The notes under the pieces: model-generated
The model's input: only the letters and a program-made list of their open reading frames with translations
What the model was told of the DNA's origin: nothing
Databases searched by the model: none
Shown here: positions 19,099 through 28,717 of the stretch, in pieces
How the letters are laid out: each line of letters begins with the position of its first letter
Position numbering within the stretch: position 1 is the stretch's first letter
Assembly: GCA_043821365.1 (NCBI GenBank)
Contig: JBDRCX010000006.1
Coordinates: 384,001 to 448,000 of the forward strand
Source of the DNA: Candidatus Micrarchaeota archaeon
GTDB taxonomy: Archaea > Micrarchaeota > Micrarchaeia > Anstonellales > Bilamarchaeaceae
Direction: 5' to 3'
Length of the DNA: 64,000 nt
Position numbers and translations under genes: made by a program

Positions 19099-20231
19099 TC
19101 CAAGAAGAGAAAAAATATATCATGAGTGCCTATACTCGTTATCCATTAACAATAATAACTGGGGTTGGGTGTCATGCGTATGCTTCAGATGGAAATTGGT
19201 ACTTGGACATGGTTGGTGGCATTGCGTGTTGTCCGTTGGGTCATCAACACCCAGCAGTAAAAGATGCAATTTTGAGCCAGGTCAATAAGCTTACTAATGT
19301 TAGTAATCTTTTCTATACTGAGGAACAAATTGAACTGGCAAAAAAACTTGTCTCTCTTTCTGGATTGAAAAAATGTTTTTTTAGTAACAGTGGTACTGAG
19401 GCTAATGAGGCCGCAATTAAACTAGCAATTGCCAGCACTAAGAAACACGAATTCGTGGTTTGTCAGAATTCTTTTCATGGTCGTACATTTGGTAGTTTAT
19501 CTGCTACGTACGGTAAAAATTACACACAAAAATTTAGCCCACTTCTATCAAAGTTTGATTTTGTTCCATATGGTGATCTATCTGCAATATCAAACGCAAT
19601 AAATGAGAAAACAGCAGCAATACTACTTGAACCAATACAAGGCGAAGCAGGAATTATACTGCCCCATCATGATTATCTAAAAGAATTATCTGAACTTTGT
19701 GAATCAAAGGGAGTGCTATTTATGTTAGATGAAGTCCAAACAGGCAATGGGCGGACCGGTACCTATTTTGAATATCTTTCCCATGGCATAAAACCAGATA
19801 TTGTTACAACTGCAAAAGGTCTGGCAAATGGTCTTCCAATTGGAGTAACATTATCAAATGGTGTTGATTTTGAACCAGGTGACCATGCATCTACATTCGG
19901 AGGCAATTCATTTGTTTGTGCCGTTGCATCTTCTGTTGTTTCAACTATTTCAAAAAATGGGATGATGGAAAATGCTGCAGTTCAGGGAGACTATATTAAA
20001 AATCAAATTCTTAAATTTGATAAAAAAGAAGTAAAGGAAGTTCGGGGCAAGGGACTTATGATTGGTATTGAATTAGATAAACCAGCAAAAGAAAAAATAT
20101 CTAAATTTATGAAACACGGAGTGTTGGTAAATGTTGTAAATGAGAATACCATCAGATTACTTCCGCCTCTTATACTGGTTCAAAAACAAGCAGATCAATT
20201 CCTTTCTGCATTTAACGAGGTAGTATCATGA
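19092..20231 (+). CDS. argD: Acetylornithine aminotransferase
   Basis: FHGRT, EPIQGEAG, DEVQTG, TAKGLANG class III aminotransferase motifs; arg operon context. Confidence 0.9.
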   Translation: MLIQEEKKYIMSAYTRYPLTIITGVGCHAYASDGNWYLDMVGGIACCPLGHQHPAVKDAILSQVNKLTNVSNLFYTEEQIELAKKLVSLSGLKKCFFSNSGTEANEAAIKLAIASTKKHEFVVCQNSFHGRTFGSLSATYGKNYTQKFSPLLSKFDFVPYGDLSAISNAINEKTAAILLEPIQGEAGIILPHHDYLKELSELCESKGVLFMLDEVQTGNGRTGTYFEYLSHGIKPDIVTTAKGLANGLPIGVTLSNGVDFEPGDHASTFGGNSFVCAVASSVVSTISKNGMMENAAVQGDYIKNQILKFDKKEVKEVRGKGLMIGIELDKPAKEKISKFMKHGVLVNVVNENTIRLLPPLILVQKQADQFLSAFNEVVS

Positions 20232-21130
20232 TCAAAGCAGCGGTTTTGGGTGCTTCTGGTTATTCTGGTAATGAATTAGTCAGCATTTTAGCTAATCATC
20301 CACAGGTTGATCTTGACTTCATACAAAGTAAAAATAATATTGGTAAAAAAGTAACTGGCATCTATCCAGATTCAAAAGTAAATCTCACCTACTCTGATCC
20401 ATCTCTAGAAGAACTCAACAAAGTCGATGTTGTTTTCCTTGCCCTTCCAAAAGAAGAATCACTACGTCTAGCATCAAAACTATCAACTCTAATCATCGAT
20501 CTGAGTCCGGCACATCGATTTCATTCTGAGTATGTTTATGGTCTCCCAGAAATTAATAGAGAAAAAATCAAATCAGCCAATAAAATAGCCAACCCTGGAT
20601 GTTATGCAACTGTTTCGCTTCTGGGTATTTTGCCGTTAACCAAAGTCCAAGTCAATGCCATTGCTTTTGATTGTAAAAGTGGCTATTCAGGTGGTGGTAA
20701 GAGTGTAAAATATGATTTCCAGGAAAATTCTATCCCATACTCTCTTGTTGATCACTATCAAAAACCAGAAATTGCCCAATTTGTTGATGTTCCTTTTTCA
20801 TTTACACCTCATGTTGTTAATGCGTTTCGTGGTCTGATAGCAACTGTTCACATATTTGGTGAATTTGATGATTTGGAATTATTATACCAAAAATTCTACG
20901 AAAAAGAACCGTGTGTTAAAGTTATCAATAGCATACCTGATTTCAAATCAGTTTCTAAGACCCCCTATTGCATGATCGGTGGGATTTCTAAGATGAAGGA
21001 CCATCACATTCTAATAAGTGCTATTGATAATTTGCTAAAAGGTGCTGCTTCACAGGCAGTTCAGAATATGAATATTCGATTTGGTTTTGATGAAAAAACC
21101 AGTTTAGATATTTTTGAGGTGAACTTATGA
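20228..21130 (+). CDS. argC: N-acetyl-gamma-glutamyl-phosphate reductase
   Basis: [16 protein letters not shown] catalytic Cys, [17 protein letters not shown]. Confidence 0.92.
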   Translation: MIKAAVLGASGYSGNELVSILANHPQVDLDFIQSKNNIGKKVTGIYPDSKVNLTYSDPSLEELNKVDVVFLALPKEESLRLASKLSTLIIDLSPAHRFHSEYVYGLPEINREKIKSANKIANPGCYATVSLLGILPLTKVQVNAIAFDCKSGYSGGGKSVKYDFQENSIPYSLVDHYQKPEIAQFVDVPFSFTPHVVNAFRGLIATVHIFGEFDDLELLYQKFYEKEPCVKVINSIPDFKSVSKTPYCMIGGISKMKDHHILISAIDNLLKGAASQAVQNMNIRFGFDEKTSLDIFEVNL

Positions 21131-22365
21131 ATAAAAAAGTAGTTTTGGCATATTCGGGAGGTTTGGATACCTCGTGTATCCTTAAGTGGTTAGTGGAAAA
21201 AGGATATGAAGTCATAGCATATGTTGGAGATGTTGGGCAGAATGAAGACTTTGAAGTAGTGAAGAAAAAAGCTCTTGAAATTGGTGCATCTAAAGTCTAT
21301 GTTGAAAATTTGCAAAAAGAATTTGTAACTGATTTTATTTTTCCAGCAATAAAAGCAAATGCAATTTATGAAAGTAGATATCTTCTTGGTACTTCACTTG
21401 CACGTCCAGTGATTGCAAGAAAGCAGATGGAAATTGCAGAGAGAGAAAATGCAGAATATGTTTCTCATGGTGCAACCGGGAAAGGCAATGATCAAGTTCG
21501 TTTTGAGCTTACTTATTACGCTCTCAATCCAAAAATCAAGGTCATAGCACCATGGAAAGACTCAGACTTCTTAGCCAAATTCAAAGGCAGAAAAGATCTT
21601 ATTAATTATGCAAATGAAAAAGGGATTCCAATCAAAGCAACTCATGACAAACCATACAGTACTGACGCAAACCTTATGCACATAAGTTATGAATCTGGGA
21701 TGTTAGAAGATCCAAAAACTGCTCCAACTCCGGCAATGTTTGAGTGGACAAAATCACCAAAAGATGCTCCTGATAAAGAAACACACCTTGAAATTCATTT
21801 CAAAGATGGACTTCCAATTAAGGTTGTGAATAAGGAAAATGGGGCTGCAGTGACAGATCCTCTCGAGCTATTAGTTTATTTGAATGAAGTCGGAGCAGAA
21901 AATGGTGTTGGTCGTATTGATATTGTAGAGAACCGTTTTGTTGGTATAAAATCACGTGGAGTTTATGAAACTCCTGGAGTTACGATCTTACGTGCTGCAC
22001 ATTTGGATATAGAATCCATTGCAATGGATCGAGAAGTTATGCGATTGCGTGATATGCTTGAACCAAAATTCTCAGAATTTGTCTATAATGGTTTTTGGTT
22101 TAGTCCTGAGATGGATTTTCTAAATGCTGCAATAAATAAAAGTCAAGAACTTATTGACGGTGTTGTGTATCTTAGTTTGTACAAGGGTAACATAACAATA
22201 ATTGGTAGAGAATCACCAAGTTCACTTTACGACAAGGATCTTTCAAGCATGGATATTGAAGGTGGATTCAATCAAAGTGATTCAGCAGGGTTTATTAAGA
22301 TCAATGCAATTCGATTGATGGCACACAATGCGATTATACATCATAAGAAAAAGCACGGTAATTAG
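21127..22365 (+). CDS. argG: Argininosuccinate synthase
   Basis: [32 protein letters not shown]. Confidence 0.96.
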   Translation: MNKKVVLAYSGGLDTSCILKWLVEKGYEVIAYVGDVGQNEDFEVVKKKALEIGASKVYVENLQKEFVTDFIFPAIKANAIYESRYLLGTSLARPVIARKQMEIAERENAEYVSHGATGKGNDQVRFELTYYALNPKIKVIAPWKDSDFLAKFKGRKDLINYANEKGIPIKATHDKPYSTDANLMHISYESGMLEDPKTAPTPAMFEWTKSPKDAPDKETHLEIHFKDGLPIKVVNKENGAAVTDPLELLVYLNEVGAENGVGRIDIVENRFVGIKSRGVYETPGVTILRAAHLDIESIAMDREVMRLRDMLEPKFSEFVYNGFWFSPEMDFLNAAINKSQELIDGVVYLSLYKGNITIIGRESPSSLYDKDLSSMDIEGGFNQSDSAGFIKINAIRLMAHNAIIHHKKKHGN

Positions 22366-22379
22366 TGCAGGTGGTTTTG

Positions 22380-23573
22380 ATGCTTTGGGGAGGAAGATTT
22401 TCTAAAGATCCTAAGAAAAATTTGCTGTTATTCAACAGTTCAGACAATATTTCTGTTGATGAAAAACTTGTTGGATACGATATTGTGGGGAGCATTGCAC
22501 ATGTTAAAATGCTTAATAAGCAAAAGCTTCTCAACAATACTGAAGCAAATGCAATAATCAAAGCACTAAATGAAGTTCTTGCTGAATGGAAATCTGGCAA
22601 ATTTAAATTAGACCCAAATCTTGAAGATGTGCACATGAATGTTGAAGTTGCAGTTACAAAAAAAACACCATTTGGCAAAAAAATGCATACTGCAAGATCA
22701 AGAAATGATCAAATAAATTTAGATATGCGTTTGTACATGCGCGATAATGTGACTAAATTTATTTCGTCATTAAGAACTCTTCAAAAAGCATTCAATTCCC
22801 AAAATAAAATCGAAATACCTGCCCATACCCACACCAGAGTAGCTCAGCCAATTACAACTAAACTCTATTACGATGGCTATTCAACTTCTCTGAATAAAGA
22901 TATCGAACGCCTTAACCAGCTTTACAAAAGAATAAACAAATCACCATTAGGTGCATGTGCAATTTCAGGAACCACCCTTCCAATAGACAGAGATTATACT
23001 GCCAATTTACTTGGTTTTGATGGTATTGAAAAAAATCCAGTCGAAACAATAAGTTCAAGAGGGGAATTGGAAGCAGAATTTGCTTTCATATGCACTCTTA
23101 TTGCCATACAATTATCTCGTTTTGCAGAAGATATGATCTGGTTCAGTTATGTTGGTTTAGTTGAACTACCAGAAGAATACTGTACTGGTAGTAGCATAAT
23201 GCCAAACAAATCAAATCCAGATGTTTTTGAGCTTATTCGTGGGAGATCTGCAAAAGTCCAAGGGAATCTTGTTACTTTACTCACTCTTTTGAAAGGAACT
23301 CCAACAGGACACAATGCAGATACTCAAGAATCAAAAAAAGCAATTATGGAATCAATTGAAACAGTTTCTAGCTGCACTGCTATCCTAGCTGACATAATAC
23401 CGCAGATAAAATGGAATAAAAAGAAAGCCAAAAAGCTGATAGATCAAGGATATGCAAGAGCCACTCTTCTTGCAGATGATCTTGTAAAAAAAGGGATCTC
23501 ATTTAGAGAAGCTCATGAGAAAATTGGTAAATTGATAAAAAGACTCGAAAAAGAAGGAAAATATATCGAGTAA
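22380..23573 (+). CDS. argH: Argininosuccinate lyase
   Basis: LWGGRF N-terminus, TARSRNDQ, GSSIMPNKSNPD signature. Confidence 0.92.
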   Translation: MLWGGRFSKDPKKNLLLFNSSDNISVDEKLVGYDIVGSIAHVKMLNKQKLLNNTEANAIIKALNEVLAEWKSGKFKLDPNLEDVHMNVEVAVTKKTPFGKKMHTARSRNDQINLDMRLYMRDNVTKFISSLRTLQKAFNSQNKIEIPAHTHTRVAQPITTKLYYDGYSTSLNKDIERLNQLYKRINKSPLGACAISGTTLPIDRDYTANLLGFDGIEKNPVETISSRGELEAEFAFICTLIAIQLSRFAEDMIWFSYVGLVELPEEYCTGSSIMPNKSNPDVFELIRGRSAKVQGNLVTLLTLLKGTPTGHNADTQESKKAIMESIETVSSCTAILADIIPQIKWNKKKAKKLIDQGYARATLLADDLVKKGISFREAHEKIGKLIKRLEKEGKYIE

Positions 23574-24194
23574 CTAATCATCGTGGTGTATACTGTTTCT
23601 GAATAGTAAAAACAAAATGATCAATGCAGCAACACCTAAAAGTAATACAACTGGTAATAAAAATCCAAGGGGATTTTCTGTACCTGTTTTTACAATAACG
23701 TTTTCCAATCCCTCATTTTGTGGTTCTTGGTTATTTTGTGGTGGTTGAGTATTGTTAACTGCTGGTGGTTCTTCATCTGGAATAACCACTGGTTCTTCTG
23801 GTATTATGGTTGGTTCTTCTGATTGCTCCTCTGGTTCAGTTATATTCTGTCCAGGGAATACATCCGGGGCATCTGATTCCCCACATTGTTCTTCTTGTGG
23901 GCAATAATTTGGTATCATCATCTGCATACATTCTGCGCCCATTTCACTAGGTGACACAACAGGACATTCAACCACTCTACCATCTGGTTTGTAGAATGTA
24001 CTTCCTGCTCCTGGTAATGAAGAAACTACTCTTACAACATTTCCATTACATGTGTAAACTGCTTCTACATTTGCTTCTTTACATTTTGCTGCTGCTGTAT
24101 CCTTAGCAAATTGCTCCCCATTGTCACCTGATTCCCAAATTACAGCAAAACTAAGGGTTAGCATCAATAATACAAATAACACATGCTTTTTCAT
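23574..24194 (-). CDS. Hypothetical surface protein: signal peptide, six-Cys domain, Pro/Glu-rich linker, C-terminal TM anchor
   Basis: MKKHVLFVLLMLTLSFA signal; EEP/VVIP-rich linker; hydrophobic C-terminal helix. Confidence 0.6.
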   Translation of the reverse strand: MKKHVLFVLLMLTLSFAVIWESGDNGEQFAKDTAAAKCKEANVEAVYTCNGNVVRVVSSLPGAGSTFYKPDGRVVECPVVSPSEMGAECMQMMIPNYCPQEEQCGESDAPDVFPGQNITEPEEQSEEPTIIPEEPVVIPDEEPPAVNNTQPPQNNQEPQNEGLENVIVKTGTENPLGFLLPVVLLLGVAALIILFLLFRNSIHHDD

Positions 24195-24228
24195 ATACAC
24201 CAATTTATGAAGCAGGCAAATTAAAAAT

Positions 24229-24504
24229 CTACCTCTTAGCCGTAACCATAATCAAATGATATCCAAATTCTGTTTTTACAGGCTTTGATACCACTCCAAC
24301 TGGCAATGAAAAGGCTGCTTCTTCAAATTCCTTTACCATCTGCCCCTTTCCAAAGAATCCTAGTTTTCCTCCATTTTCTCCGCTTGGGCATTTGGAGTGC
24401 TTTTTTGCAATCTTTACAAAATCTGCTCCGTTGTCAATCTCTTTTTTCAACTTATTTGCTGTTTTTTCATCATCCACTAAAATGTGGCTTGCGTTTACCT
24501 GCAT
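24229..24504 (-). CDS. ppiC: Parvulin-type peptidyl-prolyl isomerase
   Basis: [44 protein letters not shown]. Confidence 0.92.
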   Translation of the reverse strand: MQVNASHILVDDEKTANKLKKEIDNGADFVKIAKKHSKCPSGENGGKLGFFGKGQMVKEFEEAAFSLPVGVVSKPVKTEFGYHLIMVTAKR

Positions 24505-24559
24505 GATTTCCCCCCAGAGGCAATGCCTCTAGAACCCCTAATTTATGAGGTTGTTAATA

Positions 24560-25735
24560 TCAAGGTTGTATCCATTCAATTTCATAATATTCATATTCGC
24601 TTCCAGGAAGATCAATTGCTTTTATCACGTAATAAGTGACACTGCTTTCCCTATCTCCAATCCCCATTATCATTTCCAGTCCGTATTGGTTACACTCTGC
24701 CAAAGCCTTTGCAAGTTCTTCTCCACCAATGCATTCATCCTCAGTGAGCGAGTACATCAAATATCGTGGTGTTCCGTCTTTTGGAGTTTCTATCCCTCCT
24801 TTTTTACGGTGATAACAAACAAAATCTAACCTTGGTTTTTTCGGATTAATTTCTATCGAAGTCTTCTTTCCTGGAATTGCAAGTATGAATGTTTTTTTCA
24901 CACTATGAGCTACTCTAATAGCCCTTGCCCATTCCGAAATTATCTGTTTATGCTTTCTTGGGAAAACATGAATAACGTGTTTGGAGTGCATCCATTCGTC
25001 TTCACTTCTTATTGGCGATGCACCTGGGAAATATATTCTGAAATGAGTACCGAATTTGAACCCAGTTTTTATTACATACCCTCGTTTTCTCCAATCCTCA
25101 TATACAGAATACATATCTGAGAAAAACTTCATTCGCTTTTTTGCTATTTTTTCTACATCTCCTACTTTTAGATTTTTTAAGGTTAATTCACCATGCTTCA
25201 GGAGGTAAATTGTTTCGTAAATATCAAGTTTTGATATTTTGCCTCTATGTGCTGCTTTGTAAGTTCCAAATTGTCCTATCCAATACCTTTCATATAATTC
25301 CTTTCCAACTCTTTCATCATCAACTATTGTGATGAGGTCATTTGGGAAGAAAAGTCCTTGGAATGAATACGAATCTATGTCGAAATGCCCTCCTTTGTAC
25401 TTAACGGATATGGATCTCCCATAATTTCCTTCTGCTTCTGTTGCATTCCTGAGTATTAGTCCTTTATCACGATAATCTTTATAGGTCAAATATCTTGCTA
25501 GTAACCTCTTATTTTTTACAAATAGTGCTGCAACGTCATTAAAACCAAATTCATTCCCAACATCATCATAGCATCTGCCATTGCGAATATCCATGATATA
25601 CAGAGCTTCCTCTGGTGTTAGGTAAATTATCCCCCTTTTCATCTGGCCGTAAAAACCGTTTTGTAGAGAAGAAACAGCTGATGGTTCCTTCACAAACAAA
25701 GTACGCTTTTTTCGGTCCAGCTCAAGTTTTATCAT
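24560..25735 (-). CDS. endA: tRNA splicing endonuclease, three-unit ARMAN/epsilon2-like
   Basis: About 391 aa; GFKFGTHFRIY, HSKH and VKK catalytic Tyr/His/Lys; GTYK loop 75 aa upstream of the Tyr. Confidence 0.9.
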   Translation of the reverse strand: MIKLELDRKKRTLFVKEPSAVSSLQNGFYGQMKRGIIYLTPEEALYIMDIRNGRCYDDVGNEFGFNDVAALFVKNKRLLARYLTYKDYRDKGLILRNATEAEGNYGRSISVKYKGGHFDIDSYSFQGLFFPNDLITIVDDERVGKELYERYWIGQFGTYKAAHRGKISKLDIYETIYLLKHGELTLKNLKVGDVEKIAKKRMKFFSDMYSVYEDWRKRGYVIKTGFKFGTHFRIYFPGASPIRSEDEWMHSKHVIHVFPRKHKQIISEWARAIRVAHSVKKTFILAIPGKKTSIEINPKKPRLDFVCYHRKKGGIETPKDGTPRYLMYSLTEDECIGGEELAKALAECNQYGLEMIMGIGDRESSVTYYVIKAIDLPGSEYEYYEIEWIQP

Positions 25736-25834
25736 ACACAAACCTCTCGAGCGGAAATTCCGAATTACAATAATTATCTGTGGCTAAGGGTATTAAGCCC
25801 TTTTGGTCTCCTGTTTTTGGGATTACAAACTCCA

Positions 25835-26476
25835 TTATTCGAATTTCAAATCCATAAGTTCTGTGAAGTCTGTTATTACCATCGTCCCTTCATTCACTGT
25901 TATTCTAGCAGGAGATTTTACAATTATCAACTTCATATTTGCTGCCAAAACTGCTTTTGCACCAGAAACAGAATCTTCAATTGCAACACACTCTTCTGGT
26001 TTTAATCCTAATTTTCTTGCTGCATGTAAAAATGGTTCAGGGTCTGGTTTGCGTTTTTCCAATTCATCTCCGCTTACAATAAGATCAAAAAACTTACTAA
26101 GGTTAAAAATGTCAAGTGCAGCCTGTACGTTTGTTCTATGACTACCAGAAACAATTGCGATTTTTAATTTTTTTTCTTTAATTTTTTCAAGAAATTTAAC
26201 TATTCCTGGGGTTAGTGTCAATCTTCCTTCCCTAACTGCTTTTTCATAATTTGATTTTCTTTTTTGTACGAGGTCATCTACTTTTTCAGGTATTTTATAT
26301 TCATCTACCAAAACTTCAAAGATATGTTTAGATCCTGTACCTGCAAACTCATTATACCATCTCTCTTCACTTACCTCAACACCATAAGGTTTAAGAAGCT
26401 CTAAAAACGTCTCCATATGTAGCTTTTCTGATTGCACTACCACGCCGTCAAAATCAAAAAGTATGCCTTTTATTAT
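25835..26476 (-). CDS. HAD-family phosphatase (beta-PGM-like), inferred ATA start
   Basis: Motif I FDFDGV lies upstream of the tracked GTG; also RKPDPEPF and AIEDS. In-frame TAA at 26479-26477 directly precedes ATA ATA AAA GGC. Confidence 0.85.
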   Translation of the reverse strand: MIKGILFDFDGVVVQSEKLHMETFLELLKPYGVEVSEERWYNEFAGTGSKHIFEVLVDEYKIPEKVDDLVQKRKSNYEKAVREGRLTLTPGIVKFLEKIKEKKLKIAIVSGSHRTNVQAALDIFNLSKFFDLIVSGDELEKRKPDPEPFLHAARKLGLKPEECVAIEDSVSGAKAVLAANMKLIIVKSPARITVNEGTMVITDFTELMDLKFE

Positions 26477-26528
26477 TTAATCATCTCCAAACATGCATTT
26501 TATTAACCATAGGTTACAATAAAATTTC

Positions 26529-27257
26529 ATGAGATTAATCATATTAAGCTTACTGGTTTTTGGATTATTGCTATTCGGATGCTTTGAACCACCAATAGAT
26601 CAAAATCAAACAAACACTACTAATAACACAACAATTATTCAACCAGTTAAAACACCATCATTTACTATCACAAGTCCAACTTCCTATGAATCAATCTACA
26701 CCCAAGAAGAAACTGCAGATGTGACTTTGTCTTTCAATACTCAAAATCTTGTTCTAAAACAACCTGGAGGAGTTGCGAAAAGTGGCGAAGGCCATTTCAA
26801 AGTAACTGTGGATGCTGATCCAGCTGTAACAATAACCTCGAAGAATTATGTTATCGCAGGTTTGGGGCTTGGAGAACACACCATAAGCGTTGATCTGTGG
26901 ACAAATGACAAAAAATCATATGGCATTTCAAAACAAGTAACTTTCACAGTGGAGAAAGAAGAATTGCCAGCATACGAACCACAAACCTATACAGTTACAA
27001 TAAATGATTTCTCTTACAGTCCAGCCGAATTAACTGTAAAAAGAACTGATAGTGTCATCTTTGTGAACTCAGGCAATTTCCCAAGATCCGCAACATGTTT
27101 TATTGGTGGTGCGGAAGTATTCGATACTGAGGTTCTTGGGCCTGGTAAAAATGCCACAATTGTCATGAATGAAGTATTGTCATGTGAGTACTACGCAGTT
27201 ACCCATCCAATAATGAAAGGAATGATAATTGTTGAACCAAATGGTAGAGAAGATTAG
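26529..27257 (+). CDS. Lipoprotein with an Ig-like domain and a C-terminal cupredoxin-like domain
   Basis: LLLFGC lipobox; INDFSYSPAELTV and HPIMKG cupredoxin-like motifs. Confidence 0.65.
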   Translation: MRLIILSLLVFGLLLFGCFEPPIDQNQTNTTNNTTIIQPVKTPSFTITSPTSYESIYTQEETADVTLSFNTQNLVLKQPGGVAKSGEGHFKVTVDADPAVTITSKNYVIAGLGLGEHTISVDLWTNDKKSYGISKQVTFTVEKEELPAYEPQTYTVTINDFSYSPAELTVKRTDSVIFVNSGNFPRSATCFIGGAEVFDTEVLGPGKNATIVMNEVLSCEYYAVTHPIMKGMIIVEPNGRED

Positions 27258-27526
27258 TATTCTATCTCTACTTCTCCTTTTTTTATCCAAATTTGACAGG
27301 CCAATCTTTCATTAGTTTGGCAACTTTTTTTTGCTAAAAGAAGTTCCTCAGTTGGACTTTTACCATTTAGATTTTCCATCCCCTTAATTATCTTGCATAT
27401 GCAAGTTCCGCATGTTCCAGACTCACAACCAAAAAGCATTCCTGTGTCCCTTACATGGTCTAAGAGCCTAGATCCATCTGGAATATCAAGTGTAATATTA
27501 TCATTGATTATCTTTACTTTTGCCAT
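27254..27526 (-). CDS. 2Fe-2S ferredoxin
   Basis: CESGTCGTC...RLACQ. Confidence 0.88.
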   Translation of the reverse strand: MAKVKIINDNITLDIPDGSRLLDHVRDTGMLFGCESGTCGTCICKIIKGMENLNGKSPTEELLLAKKSCQTNERLACQIWIKKGEVEIEY

Positions 27527-27552
27527 AAAAATCTCCTTTGATTTTTATTATT

Positions 27553-27678
27553 GTTGAGAATGCGTCGCATTCTCGACTGTCATGGAGTTTTGCTCCATAG
27601 CATGATTGTTTCGTAATTGTTCGAATTTCGAACAATTTGCGCCTTGAAATAGCATTTCAAGTGCGTAACGATCAATGC
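27553..27678. other. Densely structured intergenic element (four hairpins plus a closing helix), possible ncRNA or UTR element
   Basis: Inverted repeats at 27553-27577, 27582-27598, 27615-27637, 27643-27661, and 27603-27610 paired with 27667-27674. Confidence 0.45.
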
Positions 27679-27684
27679 ATAGGA

Positions 27685-28326
27685 TCACTCTGGTTCGTCA
27701 TTAAACAATTTCGTCTGTTTTATTCTCTCCATTGTTTTCCATCGTTTTCTTGTAAATGGGTCTAGAAGCTTCCTTTTTTCTTTATTTTTAAGTGCACCTA
27801 TTGTTCTTTGGTCAGATGGATATCCACTACCAAATTCGCCTGTTATGTGTGCTATATCAACAATCTTTTTATCTCTTATAACTTTTGCACATATTGATGC
27901 TGCAGCAACAATGGGATATTTCTCATCTGCTTTATGTTCTGCTTCAAATTTCTTTATTCCGAACTTTTCCATTCTTTTTCTAAAAGTCCACGAGTATCTA
28001 TCCGGCATGTCTATCATTACGTCGCCATCTTCAGCCTTTTTTATAAGGTCAGCCATAACTTGCGCTTCAATATCATTCAGACTCATTGTTTTCATTAGTT
28101 TATCAAGATCAGTTGCACTTACTTCAATCCATTTGAACAGACAGAACTTTTTCAGTTCCTCATAAACAGTTTCCCTTTGTTTTGGTGTAAGTGCTTTAGA
28201 ATCTTTTGTTGCGGTTTTTTTTAATAATTTTTCGTGTTCACGCTTACAAAGAGCAATACATATGACTAATGGACCTATGACAGATCCTCTTCCAGCTTCA
28301 TCAATTCCGGATATATATGAGAACAT
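27685..28326 (-). CDS. rnhB: Ribonuclease HII
   Basis: GIDEAGRGSVIGPL, KDSK, KADEKYPIVAAASICAKVIRD, FGSGYPSD. Confidence 0.95.
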   Translation of the reverse strand: MFSYISGIDEAGRGSVIGPLVICIALCKREHEKLLKKTATKDSKALTPKQRETVYEELKKFCLFKWIEVSATDLDKLMKTMSLNDIEAQVMADLIKKAEDGDVMIDMPDRYSWTFRKRMEKFGIKKFEAEHKADEKYPIVAAASICAKVIRDKKIVDIAHITGEFGSGYPSDQRTIGALKNKEKRKLLDPFTRKRWKTMERIKQTKLFNDEPE

Positions 28327-28391
28327 AAGTAGGAAATATTAGGCAATAATAGATTAAAAATAAAGAGGTTGAAAGCCAAAGGCTTTCCTAT

Positions 28392-28649
28392 CTAGTATGT
28401 TATGTTTCTTTTTTCTACGATGATAAAGTCCCCAACTGCCAAAACGCTTTCGTATGGGACGTGGACCAATCCATCGTCTTTTTTCAATTTTGAGGCTAAA
28501 TTGCTGTCTGGGTTTGGTTCAATCACTAGCGTTTCAATCTTCCCACTAGACTCATTGACTTCAAGGTCTACCAATCTTCCAAAATCGTCTCCTTCGTTTG
28601 TGACTAATTTCTTCCCAGAAAGTTGTCTTGCTATAAGATACTTGGCCAT
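28392..28649 (-). CDS. PRC-barrel domain protein
   Basis: LSGKKLVTNEGDDFGRLVDL...VPYESVLAVGDFIIV; GGTGA RBS. Confidence 0.85.
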   Translation of the reverse strand: MAKYLIARQLSGKKLVTNEGDDFGRLVDLEVNESSGKIETLVIEPNPDSNLASKLKKDDGLVHVPYESVLAVGDFIIVEKRNITY

Positions 28650-28717
28650 TCTATCACCATTCAAATAAATGTTCTATTGGCGATTTGCAGTTTAACTTTA
28701 TAAATATTCCTTAAATT

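Noticed and set aside
22380-23573. argH as a truncated pseudogene because it is shorter than typical ArgH
   Set aside because: All catalytic signatures are intact and there is no frameshift remnant downstream. The stop abuts the convergent gene.
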